Shown here one piece after another: positions 27,614 to 30,383 of a DNA stretch of 30,383 nucleotides. Position numbers and translations under genes: made by a program. Under the pieces are notes generated by a model. The model worked only from the letters and a program-made list of their open reading frames with translations. It was not told the DNA's origin and ran no database searches. Numbering within the stretch: position 1 is the stretch's first letter; every line of letters begins with the position of its first letter. This DNA comes from an uncultured bacterium. Its GTDB lineage: Bacteria; Hydrogenedentota; Hydrogenedentia; Hydrogenedentales; JAEUWI01. Location of the stretch: assembly GCA_963977445.1 (NCBI GenBank), contig CAXBPH010000059.1, forward strand, positions 1-30,383, given 5' to 3'.

Positions 27614-28561
27614 CTATGGGCCGAAAAGATCAATCTGGTCCGATGGCGGCGGTGGGGGATCGAGAGCCCGAAGCAGGGCCGTGCGATCGAGCTCTCCATA
27701 GCGACTGCCCAAGGGCGCCGCCAGAGGCTCGTGTTGAAGAAACCCGTCGCGGCAGGCACCCCCCCAGTAGAAAACCGGCTTTCCCTGGGCCAGGCTTTGT
27801 TCCGCCGTATACATGCTCCCGCCTTTTTTACCCGGTTCAATCACACAGGTCAGACGGCCACACGCCGCTATGGTCCGGTTGCGTGTTATGGCCTGGGGCG
27901 TGGCCCACGCAGATGTCGGGAGAAACTCGCTCAGCAACAACACCTGACCATTTTCCAGACCAATGCGGAAGGGGGTGGGTACAGCATAGGCATGGAGGCC
28001 TTCGGGCAGAACGACTACGGTGGTGCCGTCGGCATGGAGCGCACCCTCGTGGGCTTCCATGTCGATACCCGTAGCACCACCACTGACGACCGTGATTCCT
28101 TCCTCGGCGAATAGACCGGCGGCCTTGCGTGCCCATTCCCGGCCTTCCAGCGAAGCCTTTCGTGTTCCTACGATCGCCGCGCCCCGTTCCTGCAAGAGGG
28201 CTTCATTGCCGAGATAAAAAAGAAAGGGCGGGGCCTGGGTTCCGAGACATTCCCGCAGATAATGGGGATAGTCCTTGTGGAAAGAGGTCCAGTGCCGAAT
28301 ACCCCACTGGGCGGCGAGCTTCAACAGGTAGTTTGCCCGTTCTTCATCGGCCTCACCACATGCAGCAAGGGGGGCGACCACCGCATGTTCCTGCGGCCCT
28401 GCCAACGCGAGCAACTCTTGTGTGCTCCCACCGAAGAGGCTGGTCAGACTTCGGTTATGTCGCTGGGCGATACGCGCTGCCGTGTGTACGACCTTGCGCC
28501 CCGCACCGGGGACCAGACTGAGGGCGATAAGTTCCTGGATTGAGATTTCGGTTGAAGGCAT
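27614..28561 (-). CDS. dprA: DNA-processing protein DprA/Smf family
   Basis: DYPHYL, PPFLFYLGN, AIVGTRKAS, VVSGGATGID, RNRTIA and GGSMYTA motifs. Confidence 0.9.
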   Translation of the reverse strand: MPSTEISIQELIALSLVPGAGRKVVHTAARIAQRHNRSLTSLFGGSTQELLALAGPQEHAVVAPLAACGEADEERANYLLKLAAQWGIRHWTSFHKDYPHYLRECLGTQAPPFLFYLGNEALLQERGAAIVGTRKASLEGREWARKAAGLFAEEGITVVSGGATGIDMEAHEGALHADGTTVVVLPEGLHAYAVPTPFRIGLENGQVLLLSEFLPTSAWATPQAITRNRTIAACGRLTCVIEPGKKGGSMYTAEQSLAQGKPVFYWGGACRDGFLQHEPLAAPLGSRYGELDRTALLRALDPPPPPSDQIDLFGP

Positions 28562-28786
28562 GGAGGATTCCGATTGGGGGTGATGACAACATAGAGCATA
28601 ACAAAAATGTCACGACCCCAGTAAACCTCTTTAAGCAGGGCAATCCCATAAAAATATCCGATGTCGACTTCACATCTAGCTAGATTAACAAGGGGGGCAC
28701 CACCGGGTGGACCTCGGAACATCACGAGTCCATTAAGCCAATCTTGTTCACGTACACGCTTTAATGCGATTGCCCATCCCCTTGAA

Positions 28787-29686
28787 CTAGCCGCCGCAGC
28801 CCCCACAGCCTCCGCCACAACCGGAACTGCAGCCGGAGCCACCATCGCTGGAGCATCCATCGCCACCCCAGAAACTACCGCACCCGCCGCCACCGCCATC
28901 GCCTCCGTTTCCACCATCGCGCCGACCCGGTTTCGCGGTCTTCGCCATTCCTGCCAGTACCACCACCGCGCCTATGGCACAAAAGGCGGCAACCCCGACG
29001 AAACTTTCGAATCCCGAGGATCCGTCCTGGTCGCTCAGGCTATCAGAGCGGGATTCCCCCTGGCTCTGCGCGTGGGTTGCTTCGAAAATACCCAGTGAGT
29101 ATCGGCCTGCCACCGTAAGGAGGCTTCCGAGGACGACACCAATAAGTAGCGCGCAAAGCAGGATTGTACGCAGATTCGGACGTGGTGCGCTGGCCATTGC
29201 GGCGGGCCGAACCCAGACCGCCCGCTCCGCCGGGCTGAAGCGAATTTCGGCGGCGGGCCAGATATCGGAAGGGGGTGCTTCGCCAAAGACCGCTTCATAG
29301 AGGGCCAGGGTGTATCCATACTGGCCTTCGAATCGTGTGCCTTCTGCGGAGCCACCCTTCGTGGGGCCATGATGAATGTACTGCCCCGACAGGGCTTCAC
29401 ACCATTCGTGGTAGGAACGCGTGTAGACCAGGTGAAGGTGCCAGGCCTGGTCCACCGACTCGCTTGGTGTGACTGGACGCTCTGACAAGGCCATCAGTAG
29501 AAAATAGCGCTCATATTCCGCCACAACCCGTGTGGCGAAATCCCGTGTCCAGCCATATTGTTCACGGGCGAGTCGATCCGTAAATGACATCGCCGCCTCC
29601 GGGTCATCCAGCTTAAGTATCGATGCCGTTCGGCGCAGGCGTATGGCGCGCTCCGCCGAAAATGAAACACTGTCCCCGTTCCCCAT
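28787..29686 (-). CDS. Glycine-rich-domain (GRDP/DUF1399, TIGR04222-like) membrane protein with a Gly/Cys tail
   Basis: FTDRLARE, EYERY, TPSESVDQAWHLHLVYTRSY, HHGPTKGG; two TM segments; ends GCSSGCGGGCGGCGG; RBS GGAGG. Confidence 0.85.
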   Translation of the reverse strand: MGNGDSVSFSAERAIRLRRTASILKLDDPEAAMSFTDRLAREQYGWTRDFATRVVAEYERYFLLMALSERPVTPSESVDQAWHLHLVYTRSYHEWCEALSGQYIHHGPTKGGSAEGTRFEGQYGYTLALYEAVFGEAPPSDIWPAAEIRFSPAERAVWVRPAAMASAPRPNLRTILLCALLIGVVLGSLLTVAGRYSLGIFEATHAQSQGESRSDSLSDQDGSSGFESFVGVAAFCAIGAVVVLAGMAKTAKPGRRDGGNGGDGGGGGCGSFWGGDGCSSDGGSGCSSGCGGGCGGCGG

Positions 29687-29870
29687 AATCCGTCCTCCAG
29701 GATGTTGGTGAGTTCAATTGCTCTATTCATAATACCGGTGGACACCCCGTTCTATTCAAAACGTGCGGTGAACGGCCCCGAAATCATCCGATACGTACAT
29801 ATTCGAGGCTTTCTTGACTTTCTTTGGGCCAACTCTTTACCCTTTCCCGAAGGGGCTGGAGGAATACGCC

Positions 29871-30383
29871 ATGAGTGAAGACTATATTGACGCCCCAACC
29901 GAGTCGATGGCTATCAAGGGTGCCCGCATCGTTTCGGTCGACGTCCTGCGCGGATTCGATATGTTCTGGATTGTAGGTGCCGACCATTTTGCCCGGGCCC
30001 TGGGCAAGATTAGTGAGTCCCCCTACGCCCAGACCTTCGCAACCCAGTTGAAGCATGTCGGCTGGGATGGTTTCGTATTTTACGATCTGATCTTCCCCCT
30101 CTTCGTATTTCTTCTGGGCATGTCCATCGTCTTTTCCCTGCCCAAATACCTGGCGGAAAAAGGGAAGACAGCGGCCCATATCCGTCTCTTTCGCCGATTC
30201 GTTTTGCTATTTCTTCTTGGGGCCTTCTACGATGGGGGGCTTGCTGATTTGGCCGACGAAAGTCCCTTCAGCGGCGTGCTCCAGCGCATGGCCTGGTGTT
30301 ATCTGTTTACGGCCCTGTGTTTCATCAATCTGAAACTGCGCGGGCAAATCATTACCTTCTTTGCAATTCTGATTTGCTATTGG
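29871..30383 (+). CDS. Heparan-alpha-glucosaminide N-acetyltransferase-like (DUF5009) membrane acyltransferase, 3' truncated by the window
   Basis: Not in the ORF track; manual translation MSEDYID...RIVSVDVLRGFDMFWI...HVGWDGFVFYDLIFPLFVFLLGMS...GVLQRMA; RBS GGAGGA. Confidence 0.9.
   Translation, partial: MSEDYIDAPTESMAIKGARIVSVDVLRGFDMFWIVGADHFARALGKISESPYAQTFATQLKHVGWDGFVFYDLIFPLFVFLLGMSIVFSLPKYLAEKGKTAAHIRLFRRFVLLFLLGAFYDGGLADLADESPFSGVLQRMAWCYLFTALCFINLKLRGQIITFFAILICYW

Noticed and set aside
29784..30179. 131-aa minus-strand ORF
   Set aside because: Antisense to the clearly recognisable acyltransferase starting at 29871

Overview
A 30.4-kb, GC-rich bacterial chromosomal segment, mostly housekeeping and metabolic genes. 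The DUF1559 protein with a '[16 protein letters not shown]' block suggests Candidatus Hydrogenedentes or a related lineage (inference only). In order: clpB disrupted by an apparent ~16-nt deletion in its second Walker A motif; three minus-strand genes (NHL beta-propeller, aldose epimerase, FG-GAP/AUDH-like propeller) divergent from an rbsB/rbsC-like pair with no ATPase; a SUFU gene plus putative lipoprotein; a SnoaL-like gene; a GGDEF-ribbon-helix-helix fusion with tag; a PNPOx-family gene, leuC and leuD; a TPR membrane protein; an Old Yellow Enzyme; a cobA-hemD fusion; an AlgX/SGNH-like gene and a Tat-exported TIM-barrel gene; a DUF1559 prepilin-type gene; cysI-cysH; a stand-alone small gene that may be RelE/YoeB-like; dprA; a Gly/Cys-tailed membrane protein; and a partial HGSNAT-like acyltransferase. 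Intergenic regions hold several REP/REPIN-like families. I saw no rRNA, tRNA, CRISPR array or transposase. The best candidate for an undescribed system is the GGDEF(GGDAF)-RHH fusion. It sits behind a near-consensus sigma70 promoter with a perfect 26-bp palindrome at the predicted start site, which suggests an autoregulating nucleotide-sensing or cyclase-coupled transcription factor linked to a DNA-repair glycosylase. All calls are from reading motifs by eye; no database search was run.
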